Source: a virus
IMG/VR virus record: IMGVR_UViG_3300021961_000038
Location: 1-64,000 of that record
Reading direction: 5' to 3' (one strand)
DNA length: 64,000 nt
The position numbers were made by a program, and so were the translations under genes. Below are positions 20,601-27,643 of the stretch, piece by piece (positions within the stretch are counted from its first letter, which is position 1; every line of letters begins with the position of its first letter). The notes beneath the pieces are model-generated. The model had not been told where the DNA came from. It made no database searches and worked only from the letters and a program-made list of their open reading frames with translations.

Positions 20601-20961
20601 TAATTGTAAAAGCAATTTTAGGAATATAAGAAATACCTGGTTCTTTAATTGTAACAGTATATCTATTTCCAGATCTAGTAATTGTAAATTCTAAATTTGA
20701 TCCTGGATTTTGAGCAACACCTTCGGGTAAAATTTCATCTAAATCAAATGCGGCATCTATGGCATTTGGTGCTGTATATGGAGCAGGATAAGTGTAATCG
20801 TACAAATAATCTCTAGAGAAGTTATTTGACGAAGTATGTGCTGTTGTACAGAAATATACTCTACCTCCTGAAACAACAATATCATCTAATCGATATGCTC
20901 TCGCCGCCGACCAGACTCCCTGGAAAGTATACGTAAATCTATCTAGTTTAAATTCAGCCAT
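14629..20961 (-). CDS. Large tail fibre/receptor-binding protein B (2,110 aa), paralogue of A
   Basis: Same MAEFKL start, CBM-like repeats, beta-helix, Asp-box repeats and C-terminal block as 8122-14580. Also carries an E1-FCCH-like module (PVVITT.APHGL..GQ.ITITGVNGMTELNGNTYYV) and two cupredoxin-like modules. Confidence 0.8.
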   Translation of the reverse strand: MAEFKLDRFTYTFQGVWSAARAYRLDDIVVSGGRVYFCTTAHTSSNNFSRDYLYDYTYPAPYTAPNAIDAAFDLDEILPEGVAQNPGSNLEFTITRSGNRYTVTIKEPGISYIPKIAFTITGSQLGGVNGVNDATVTIQTVDVQGGVLQLSVEGNPQLTKWELMSEGYRWQGNWEQSSGDDTFGLVAATKAQPVVITTNAPHGLAKGQAITITGVNGMTELNGNTYYVNPLGANTLQLYTDTAVTVAVDGRLYTTYTSSGTLRTPFVPSEYILNDLVNRGGQVYRCIQGHIALKDAAFGFERNSQYWTTHTRGAKWKGDWQPETSYIVGDLVKYNGILYRCKFEHDSADTALGLESSGSGFWDVIDKTDNWADYWQVDTRYREKDVVRYGGYVYRCLTGHTSAPGEVYVNMQEPGGLEQDIGNWQIVFEGIQFRSVYAAGARYYLGDLVKHGQSVYRCTNTHTAPSAFDEQYFEEYIPGIGFDNTWNSGLTYQTGDIVVHGGYSYRALKFSIGIAPPTDALTWALMGEWYNLRGNWTIATDYKVGDMVRNNGYLYLATADHTSGAIDGPDVSSNNQTFKVDVRVFNGTNKYYINDVLAESFTLQRGSTYTFEQSDRSNNTHPLYLSKIVDGILGGGYAYEDEGVEVTYILDSKVVPTLAAYVAGFDNAVSRFVQYQIPNDAPDTLYYACYNHTGMAYGTQQGTITVTGSTNWQILMTGKFFVGPWVQENDDSTIKYYELGDIITWAGTAYQCIKRHGAITPNSRPDQDLKKALPEYWTYYMRGIKTNVLAEVGDIKSYWQNSDERIVHGDLGTSLKVLPRSAEDSGSYNYPTWALLGRSPKVYYVSPNGVDATDKGGTENNPFKTVKYACDYILADESARAPATIFIATGEYKEVLPISVPADVALVGHELRSTRIMPAAGYEASNMFYVRNGCGIRNMTLEGLTGGLSDVNEYGTRRPSGGAFVSLDPGTGPDDSTVWVTNKSTYVQNVTTIGTGCVGMKIDGNLHDGGNKSIVANDFTQVLSDGIGVWCTNLGLTELVSVFTYYCHIGYLSEIGGKIRATNGNNSYGDYGSVAEGYDLSETPITAVVDNRTKEAQVGVVYTDQDDEILLFGYTHAGEHYTSASVKSFSGTGSGLVTEYEEFRDGAIKEVRLMDPGDSSTAGGFGFEVIQGLGQRGTTTSLTLSLTDTQEDSTGGYNGKLIRIIGGTGVGQYGIIDTYDPSTKIANVYKLSNGQPGWDHLISGTPIEPVIDDTAYYQIQPLVEFSKPPFSKTTANLPVPIDWSNCVYGNGRFVAIAQSEFGKPNTDSYATSLDGVTWTQGTFPNFPPNVPSGSWSWRDIVYGNGRFVAVADEGIVAVSTDGENWLVRELAEDSSLVSSRFIEYGSGYFVVMTTDGSVWWQSTDGINWIEYESPGVVLGGGIIVRGIAYGQGHFIVTTNDFDSTANRIWFKSPSATTWSENFTTTNISNLDQLTFGNNRFVGVQPGTDTVYYNVRNGKDTWVEVTGALPSPGNWKLGYGQGVFLAVRENSTELATSEDAITWTAQTTTGSRKWTHVCFGAPNYIGKFLLLSSGNPLQSSGSNIVEIVRQGKTAFAFIEVSNNRVGSFTLLDPGSGYSGAEETLYVVKTVTVERNAGDSQNVFFIDGSERPHLDMSRGITYKFDLNDSSLTDFPQDDSTTTTHPFFFADSAEGIGDGGNYYEQGLLYYIDGSVVTRNAFINNFATASDRYIEIEVQFNAPSTFYYHSTSTAGMGNATSITETGNAVMTITDPQSTSQPRWNLRLANGVLPQPSFISRGTRFRSATATVTGDGYADIFQLGGSVNVQALSRLPGPGDNLDIAGIDGLTYKVTSVENVAGNTGSLTAKINISPKLGRAESPEHGAAISIRQRYSQVRLTFHDFLDIGTGNFGESAYPQRYVEGFVEGADNSPKPFNEVQQSDGGRVFYASTDQDGNFRVGELFEVEQARGTVTLNADQFELQGLTELSLGGVTLGGTGAVISEFSIDPLFTANSDRIIPTQKAIAAYVANRITGGGTSINVNGLVAGVIQINFQTITMTTLEEDPTRAINVLTKLTAQGGVGGQVAAMAFFAAGTDFPAPDDMGGTDETGGGT

Positions 20962-20979
20962 TATCTCTTACCCTTGTAT

Positions 20980-21330
20980 TTAACTTTCATAGTTGTACGG
21001 TTGATTTAATCTTGCGACTAATTCACCATCTTCATTAATGTAATAATTAATTTTTCTATTATCCCATCTAAATTGTTCATAATTTAAGTTTGCAAATACT
21101 TTGTTGTGATTAACATCTCTACCTTCGAAGAAATCTTGTCCAACTGCAAACCCATCATAGTTGTCTTCTTGGTTACCAGGAATATTAATTGTAATTGCAT
21201 CTGTTTGACTTAGTTGATCTAATACCGCTAAAAAAACTTCTCCATCATCGTTTCTACGAAGACCGTAAAAGTATCTTTCGCCCATTTGACTTATTAAGTC
21301 ATTTGAATTTGATCCTATATATTGTGTCAT
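20980..21330 (-). CDS. Hypothetical protein (116 aa), probably virion-associated
   Basis: ORF in the fibre operon (RYFYGLRR...YEQFRWD...YYINEDGELVAR); no function recognised. Confidence 0.6.
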   Translation of the reverse strand: MTQYIGSNSNDLISQMGERYFYGLRRNDDGEVFLAVLDQLSQTDAITINIPGNQEDNYDGFAVGQDFFEGRDVNHNKVFANLNYEQFRWDNRKINYYINEDGELVARLNQPYNYES

Positions 21331-21340
21331 CTATATCCCC

Positions 21341-21670
21341 TTATACCTGTTCAACAAAACTGATTATAGCATCCATTGAATCACTCCAACTAGATTGAAT
21401 ACTCAATCTATGATACTGATCTAAAATTAATTTTTCACCACCATTCAATGCTCTTAAACTTGTGTTTGGTGGAATTGGCACATCCTTAATATAATTTGCA
21501 GTAACACTACCTTCATCTGAAATAAGTATGGTTGCTAAAACAGTAGAATCTGTAATGTTAGTTAAACTTATACCTAACACAATGTTCTTTTTGTTTTGAC
21601 CTACTTGAAATATTTCAATAGGTTTTGTTCCTACGTCTTTTATAATTGCATTTCTAAATATCGTTGCCAT
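21341..21670 (-). CDS. Small virion protein (109 aa), three-copy family
   Basis: MATIFRN...VLGISLTN...YIKDVPIPPNTSLRALNGGEKLIL; similar to 7776-8093 and 25396-25746. Confidence 0.65.
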   Translation of the reverse strand: MATIFRNAIIKDVGTKPIEIFQVGQNKKNIVLGISLTNITDSTVLATILISDEGSVTANYIKDVPIPPNTSLRALNGGEKLILDQYHRLSIQSSWSDSMDAIISFVEQV

Positions 21671-21676
21671 TTTTCT

Positions 21677-24600
21677 CTACCCAAATATTAAAGCATTGAT
21701 GATCGACAAATCTTCTGCTTCTTGTAATGTCGCACCACCGCCTGCACCAACAACCGAACCCCAAGTTGTTCCTGTCCAAATTTCTAATCTACCTAGACCG
21801 GTGTTATAACGTAAAAGTCCTGTATCAATTGATCCAATTGGTCTACTATTAATATCACCAATTGGAACCTTAATACCATATGTTCCGCTAAAACTTACCC
21901 AACCTTCACCATTTGGTACAGCAAAGTTAGTTCTTCCGTTTGTTGCTACATTAGTTATCGTATTTGTTGTTTGATCTATCTCTAAATCACCAATAACAAC
22001 CTTACCTGTACCGTTAGGAGTAAGCGTTAAATCGGCGTCTGTTCCTTCTGTACTAATAACATCTGTGTGTATTCTAGGTGTATTAAGTCTAGTACCGTTT
22101 AAATCTGCACGTAAAATGCCTCCAATATAACTTCTAATAGTATCATCGTTAGCACCCTGCGTTAATTCCGCAGTCATGTAAGTGTTTTGATCTTGGTCGA
22201 TAATAATACCTTTACTACCACCAAGTACGTTCCAGAACGCACCGTCATACCCTTCAAAGTTTAAACTGTTTGTGTTAAAACGTACCATACCTTCTTGAGG
22301 TGTTCCTGGTCTTTGAAGCGTTGTTCCTCTAGCAATTCTTAAAGCATTGGTATCTGGAAAATCAACATAACCTGTACCGTGTGCAAAAATTTCTAATGTG
22401 TTATTGTCTTGATATGTTTGTAATGAGTTATTAACCAAACGTACTAAGTCAACTTCGAATTGTGTAGCACTAAATTTGTCTTTGTCAATAGTTGCAACTA
22501 AGTTACCCTGTGCATAAAATTTAATTTCATCTTCATCAGCACCTAGAACACTTTCTAGTTGAACTCTTGTATCACCATCTTTATCTGTAATTTGTGCAAT
22601 ACCGCCTGTGATTTCTGCATCGCCTGTAATAATTGTTTTATTATCACCAATTGGATCTATAAAAATATCTCCGCCAGTGGACGATATAGTATTTCCAGAT
22701 AATCTTAAATTTCCTGTTTCTATTTTTGTTGGATTAATTACTGATGTATTTGTTCCATCTGTAAATTGTAATCCAAGTGATGAAGCAATTTCTGTTAATG
22801 GTGCAGTAAATGTTACATCTCCTGTATCCTGATTAACATAGAATGAATTTCCTACTCTGTAATCACCTTTACTGTCAACAGATGTAAAGTAAACTCTACC
22901 GCCATTTTGCTCAATAACTTCGTTAGTTTGAATTACATTATCAAGGTTGTTTGATAAATCATAACCAACACCAATGTAACCAAAGTTTTGAGACATAAGT
23001 CTTAGGCTTACATCTGGACCATCAGCAGTAACGCCTCTGATACCATAAACACAAGCACTACCGTTTGATCTCATTTCAGCGGCAAATTCTTGTCTGCTGT
23101 ATCTTGTAATTCCTGTTGCTGTTGTTCCTGAAACACCGCCTAAAATTGATCCGCCATTTCCTGGAGTTAAATCTTGTTCATTAAGATCATCATATCTTCC
23201 GTCAACATAAACAGTATTGCCATCTGCACTAACACTGTCAACTACAAAATTAAATGTAGAAGAACCATCTGATGATGTAACTGTGATAGTTTCACCTACG
23301 CTCCATCCTGAACCACTTACACCTGAAAATGTTATCCAAGTTTTTCCGTCGCCGCCTCTACCTTGTGTTCCTGCAACTGCTTTGATACCGTCGGCACAGA
23401 AATATGTAAAACAGTTCAACCATTCAACTCTTATACCGTTGGTCATAAACAAACCAATTTGATTTGGTGCAAAAATTGTTACTTCATTACAAAGCAATGC
23501 GGCTTCGATTGAATTTCTTGCAACATACTGACCATCGGCTTTAATTCCTCTACCAGCATCGCCGGCAACGTAACCATATGGATCAGTTCCTGATGTTGTT
23601 GAACCTTTGTTTAAAATTGTAATATTATAAAGATATGGTGATCTTAATGCAATAGTTCCTACAACAGGATTAAATGCAAACGCATATCCTGTATCATTTC
23701 CACTATTGTAAAGCATATCTCTGATTGTTAAATCTTGAACTACTACGCCTTCGTTCATATAAAAACAATCTAAATCTTGTGTTCCAACAGTTGGTTTAAT
23801 TTGTGTTGCTCTAAGTCCAGCACCTTGGATTGTAACTCCTGCAGGGATTACCATTGGAAAAATTTCAGTGTATGTTCCTGCGGCAATTCTAATAACATCT
23901 CCTGATGTTGCTACGCTCAAAGCGTGTTTAATTGTAGCGAACGCACTATCAGTACTAGTTCCTTCTTCCGTGTCATCGCCGTTAGTTGTGACAAAGTAAG
24001 TGTTGCCTTCTTCGTTTAATAGTAAATTTGTAATTCTAACTTTACCAGTACCATTAGCACGAATTATTAAATCTTCGTTTGAATTAACTGTTTGAATTAC
24101 ATTATCGCCTAGTTGGATTGTTCCAATATTAGCATAATTTGAATCTAATGTTTTCCAACGTTTGCTTGGATTACCTAGTACGTACTTGTCGCTTTCATCA
24201 GGTAAAAAATCTGATATAATATCTGCGTTAAACTTAACAGTATCTGTATTTGCATCACCTAAATTAATATTTCCACCTGCGGTAATGTTTCCAGTTGCAT
24301 ATAAATTACCAGTAACATTTGTGTTACCTACTAATTCAATAGTACCTGTACCGTTTGGACGCAATTCAATAGGTGCATTAGAATCTAATGTCGTAATATA
24401 GTTGTCATTTAATTCTAATGAATCTACATGAATTTTTGAATGATAGATAACTGGATCGTTACCTGCTGGAATAAGTGAAATGGTACTTAGGCTGGAACGT
24501 ATTTCGTTCCCTTGCATTTCTAAGTTACCTATTTGTAATAAACCTTGAGTTGGATTTTGATTTGCTGGTCCAACTTGTAAATTGTCTGTGTAAATTTTGC

Positions 24601-24757
24601 CTGCTACTTGGAGATCGTGTGTGGGCGAAGTTGTTTTAATACCAACTCTACCGTTGTTAACATCTAGATATAATAAGTCAGTTTCAAAAGCCAGATCTAC
24701 GCCATTACGCAATAGATTTGCCTTTAGCAACGGACCCGAAATACGACCGACGGCCAT
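21677..24757 (-). CDS. Tail fibre/virion structural protein C with a pectin-lyase-like beta-helix (1,026 aa)
   Basis: N-terminal MAVGRISGPLLKANL.RNGVDLAFETDLLYLDV.N.RVGI; YFVTTNGDD..EG.....AFATIKHAL...GDVI.I.AG.Y.E.FP beta-helix start; repeated PNGTG.V fibre motifs; two G....RP.....G..R[FY]NT....E.[YW].G..W modules. Confidence 0.75.
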   Translation of the reverse strand: MAVGRISGPLLKANLLRNGVDLAFETDLLYLDVNNGRVGIKTTSPTHDLQVAGKIYTDNLQVGPANQNPTQGLLQIGNLEMQGNEIRSSLSTISLIPAGNDPVIYHSKIHVDSLELNDNYITTLDSNAPIELRPNGTGTIELVGNTNVTGNLYATGNITAGGNINLGDANTDTVKFNADIISDFLPDESDKYVLGNPSKRWKTLDSNYANIGTIQLGDNVIQTVNSNEDLIIRANGTGKVRITNLLLNEEGNTYFVTTNGDDTEEGTSTDSAFATIKHALSVATSGDVIRIAAGTYTEIFPMVIPAGVTIQGAGLRATQIKPTVGTQDLDCFYMNEGVVVQDLTIRDMLYNSGNDTGYAFAFNPVVGTIALRSPYLYNITILNKGSTTSGTDPYGYVAGDAGRGIKADGQYVARNSIEAALLCNEVTIFAPNQIGLFMTNGIRVEWLNCFTYFCADGIKAVAGTQGRGGDGKTWITFSGVSGSGWSVGETITVTSSDGSSTFNFVVDSVSADGNTVYVDGRYDDLNEQDLTPGNGGSILGGVSGTTATGITRYSRQEFAAEMRSNGSACVYGIRGVTADGPDVSLRLMSQNFGYIGVGYDLSNNLDNVIQTNEVIEQNGGRVYFTSVDSKGDYRVGNSFYVNQDTGDVTFTAPLTEIASSLGLQFTDGTNTSVINPTKIETGNLRLSGNTISSTGGDIFIDPIGDNKTIITGDAEITGGIAQITDKDGDTRVQLESVLGADEDEIKFYAQGNLVATIDKDKFSATQFEVDLVRLVNNSLQTYQDNNTLEIFAHGTGYVDFPDTNALRIARGTTLQRPGTPQEGMVRFNTNSLNFEGYDGAFWNVLGGSKGIIIDQDQNTYMTAELTQGANDDTIRSYIGGILRADLNGTRLNTPRIHTDVISTEGTDADLTLTPNGTGKVVIGDLEIDQTTNTITNVATNGRTNFAVPNGEGWVSFSGTYGIKVPIGDINSRPIGSIDTGLLRYNTGLGRLEIWTGTTWGSVVGAGGGATLQEAEDLSIINALIFG

Positions 24758-24870
24758 TGTCTATTCTCCTTTAGCGGGCATCCTGTGCCTCTAACCACCT
24801 TACATTGCGGGTTAACCACAGTTTGTACTTGCAGTTTACTGGTCGTTATTACTGCAATTAATATTATTTA
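24758..24870 (-). promoter_or_regulatory. Late promoter and structured ~105-nt 5' leader of fibre gene C
   Basis: TAAATA 24870-24865; hairpin TTGCAGT/ACTGCAA (24857-24829); stem CTGTG-TTAACC/GGTTAG-CACAG (24822-24783); AAGGAG SD. Confidence 0.55.
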
Positions 24871-24905
24871 GTCTGTTTTGGAAAAAGGATTAAGATAGGT
24901 AGTGA

Positions 24906-25391
24906 TTAACTTAATATACTACCGTCGTAACCGTGTATTACTGTTACGTCTTTGCCGAACGGCACTGGTGAATCAAAGCGTACATTTTTAACGCCGGATC
25001 CTTGTACTAATGTATAGTTTACATCTGGAATTTGAACAACGTTTTCAACTAATACTAAAATATTTCCTGCCGCTAATGGTGTAGGATTAAGAGGACCAAA
25101 GTCTGTAATGTTAGCATCTCCGGTACCTAAATTTTGTACAATAATTCTACCTGGTCTATTAGTTCTAACTTGCTCCCAAGCATTATTAACATATACTTCA
25201 ATTTCATTTAAAGTTGTATTATATCTAATTGTTCCATTAACAGGTGCGGCTGATCTGTCTTCTGTAGATCCAGCACCGATAGTTAAACCAGTTCTAGAAC
25301 CTTCAAATGATACAACACCATTAATGTCAACAAAAACACTTTTGTCAACAATAAATTTATTTTTTAATATTGCTTGTTTTACAAATCTCAT
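24906..25391 (-). CDS. Virion structural protein (161 aa)
   Basis: GSTEDR...PVNGTIRYNTTLNEIEVY....W module, then ILVLVENVVQIP...YT...VRFDSP.P.GK.VTVIHG Ig-like baseplate/fibre module. Confidence 0.65.
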   Translation of the reverse strand: MRFVKQAILKNKFIVDKSVFVDINGVVSFEGSRTGLTIGAGSTEDRSAAPVNGTIRYNTTLNEIEVYVNNAWEQVRTNRPGRIIVQNLGTGDANITDFGPLNPTPLAAGNILVLVENVVQIPDVNYTLVQGSGVKNVRFDSPVPFGKDVTVIHGYDGSILS

Positions 25392-25395
25392 ATTA

Positions 25396-25746
25396 TTACA
25401 CCGGTATAGTTGAAATCATGAAACTAATAGTTGCTGGCGAAGTGGTTTGAGCCATTACTTTGTCATCTGTGTCTAGTACTATTCTTTCTGAATCCATTAT
25501 AAAAGTTTCCCCTGCAGGAATACTTACATTGTGTAATATTTTGTTTGCATCACTAACTGCATCTCCGGCTTTTACAATGTGTAAATCCATAAATGTATCT
25601 GCATCTGTTAATACATTACCACCACCAGAAATGTTTGATGTGTCTGCATAGTTACAGAAAATCATAGTAGTCACTGCATTGCTTCCGCCTGTACTTCTGT
25701 ACAGTTCAGTAATGGTTGCATCTATATATCCATTTGCTATTGCCAT
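25396..25746 (-). CDS. Small virion protein (116 aa), three-copy family
   Basis: LY.S....AVTTMIFCN...DLHIV......NKI...VSIPAGETFIMDSERIVL...DKV. Confidence 0.65.
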   Translation of the reverse strand: MAIANGYIDATITELYRSTGGSNAVTTMIFCNYADTSNISGGGNVLTDADTFMDLHIVKAGDAVSDANKILHNVSIPAGETFIMDSERIVLDTDDKVMAQTTSPATISFMISTIPV

Positions 25747-25754
25747 GTTTTATC

Positions 25755-26696
25755 CTAAAATAATATACTCATTAGTAACGCTTTTTTCTTACTTACAAGT
25801 TCATCCCTTGTACTAGATGTATTTACAAAAAATAGTCCAGAACCCCCCACATCTTCGGATTGGACATATAACTTAATTCTACCAGAATCTGCACTAGGAG
25901 GAGCAGGAGTTACTGTTCCTACCAAAGATAATACGTCATTTACTACTACTTCTGCGGATCCGTTTGACTCTAAAAATAGTGTGCTGTTTGAATTTGAAGG
26001 TCTAATAGTTGTTCCATCAATTTCTAAGTCGCCCAACTGTATCTCTTGATTAGTAAGTTCAAAACGAACAACGCCGTCAACTTCAGCAAATACTCTGCTA
26101 CGAGCATCACCACTTTGAACATCTTGTGTTTCAACTTTTGTGTTATCACTTCTAATCAATGGAATTTGAACACCACCTGAAATAGCATCATCAACATATT
26201 TTTTGTTGACTAAATCATCGTCTTCTAGATTTAGTTCATAATCTGTTGTTCCTCTAATGCTAACTTTAGCATTAGGAGCCTTAGTTCCTAGCAATACTAA
26301 ATCTTCACCTGTTGTGTTAATTTGATGTGCTTGTATGGAACCTAATGCTGTTCCTACTTTAAATTTAAAAATTCCTGGGCCTGTTGCACCACCAGGCATA
26401 ATGTATGAATCTGTATCGTCGAATAATATTGTAGCATCATCGCCTGTGCCTCGATCAATCTGTATACCAGCCGATCCTAGTGTTACTCCACTACCTGTTT
26501 CGCCCTGATTTAAAACAATAATATTATCTTTAATTGTTAAATTTTCTGAACTTACAGTTGAAGTGTTACCTAGTACTGTTAAATCGCCAGTAACAACCAC
26601 ACTACCGGTTTCGTTTCCGGTGTTTAGTGTTATTGTTCCGTTTGATACTGTTTCGATTGCATAATCGCCAGCAACTCTTAAAACGTCTTTTGCCAT
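25755..26696 (-). CDS. Virion structural/fibre-like protein (313 aa)
   Basis: VVVTGDLTVLGNTSTVSSENLTIKDNIIVLN.GETG.GVT...AGIQIDRG is typical of T4-like fibre/structural proteins. Confidence 0.65.
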   Translation of the reverse strand: MAKDVLRVAGDYAIETVSNGTITLNTGNETGSVVVTGDLTVLGNTSTVSSENLTIKDNIIVLNQGETGSGVTLGSAGIQIDRGTGDDATILFDDTDSYIMPGGATGPGIFKFKVGTALGSIQAHQINTTGEDLVLLGTKAPNAKVSIRGTTDYELNLEDDDLVNKKYVDDAISGGVQIPLIRSDNTKVETQDVQSGDARSRVFAEVDGVVRFELTNQEIQLGDLEIDGTTIRPSNSNSTLFLESNGSAEVVVNDVLSLVGTVTPAPPSADSGRIKLYVQSEDVGGSGLFFVNTSSTRDELVSKKKALLMSILF

Positions 26697-26737
26697 GTGT
26701 ACAAGGTTCCTTTGCTTATTACACTTATTTAGTCAAG

Positions 26738-26766
26738 AGAAAAGGGTAAAGCGAACTTTACCCTTT
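26738..26766 (-). terminator. Rho-independent terminator
   Basis: AAAGGGTAAAG-TTCG-CTTTACCCTTT followed by T-rich tail, just after the 26779-27183 stop. Confidence 0.8.
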
Positions 26767-26778
26767 CCGTGTTTGCAA

Positions 26779-27183
26779 TTAGATTGCTGTAAGAACCATG
26801 ATAGATTCTGTAGAGTCGTCTTGGATAACCCAAGTATAGCGATTATCATTGAAATCTCTACAAGTTCTATTGTAAAGTTTCTTAATACGCACTTGGTCTC
26901 CACCACCGCCTGATAATGTACCTTGTAATGACATTTCATCAGCCGCTAATGAACCTGCCGCTTTATCTACTAAAGTTACAACTCCAACGTTACCAGTTCC
27001 AGAACCGCCAACTTTTGTCTTTGATCCTGTCTTAGTATCGTTAACTAAAAATTTATTAGTTGAACGTTGTCTTATGATATAACCTTCTTCTGATTCAGCG
27101 TTAGCACCAACCTGTACGTTTACTGTAAAGTTAGTACCGTCTGCTAATAATCCGAAGTATTTTTTGTTTACTGGTCTTCCCAT
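26779..27183 (-). CDS. Conserved-type virion structural protein (134 aa, MGRP..KKYFG family)
   Basis: Own late promoter, structured leader, strong SD and terminator; GYIIRQRSTNKFLV motif. Confidence 0.65.
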   Translation of the reverse strand: MGRPVNKKYFGLLADGTNFTVNVQVGANAESEEGYIIRQRSTNKFLVNDTKTGSKTKVGGSGTGNVGVVTLVDKAAGSLAADEMSLQGTLSGGGGDQVRIKKLYNRTCRDFNDNRYTWVIQDDSTESIMVLTAI

Positions 27184-27278
27184 TTTTTTCTCCTTTAAAT
27201 CCCGTTCTAGGGGCTACGCGGTGGGTCATTCCGCATAAGTCCTACGTTGTGTAGGCACGTTTAACGACAATGTATTTA
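27184..27278 (-). promoter_or_regulatory. Late promoter and structured three-way-junction 5' leader
   Basis: TAAATA 27278-27273; closing stem TCGTT/AACGG, hairpins CCTAC/GTAGG and TATGCGG/CCGCGTA, then AAGGAG SD. Confidence 0.55.
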
Positions 27279-27557
27279 GTCTGTTCTACTGAAGAGGTGC
27301 ATAAGATGTACATTTGCAAAGTCTTTTATTGCACGATTTATTTCTTTACATTTGTCTTTATGTTTTAAAACATAAGAATCTCTATGTGTTGTTCTAATTT
27401 TCATTTCTATATCAGAAAGTTTTCTTACTTCAGAACCCATACTTGCACAAAACTTAACAACATCAAAATGAAATTCTGGTGCTGACTTTGAAAGTTGTCT
27501 AATTTGGGTTTCTGCTTCGTGCCAATCTAAGGAATGTGTAATTTCTTTAATGTCCAT
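27276..27557 (-). CDS. Hypothetical protein (93 aa)
   Basis: ORF with TAAATA-N5-ATG; helical and basic; no motif recognised. Confidence 0.6.
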   Translation of the reverse strand: MDIKEITHSLDWHEAETQIRQLSKSAPEFHFDVVKFCASMGSEVRKLSDIEMKIRTTHRDSYVLKHKDKCKEINRAIKDFANVHLMHLFSRTD

Positions 27558-27583
27558 AACAATATTTACAATCGTTTGGTCAT

Positions 27584-27616
27584 AAAAAAAGGGCGAACCT
27601 TTCGATCCGCCCTTTT
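27584..27616 (-). terminator. Rho-independent terminator after the major capsid gene
   Basis: GGGCGGATC-GAAA-GGTTCGCCC followed by TTTTTTT. Confidence 0.9.
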
Positions 27617-27643
27617 AAAGTTACTTACTACTGCTCTCTTGGA

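Noticed and set aside
24758-24830. preQ1-II or SAM-II/V riboswitch suggested by the 3' end CCGCUAAAGGAG
   Set aside because: The upstream conserved cores of those riboswitches are absent; kept only as an unassigned structured leader.
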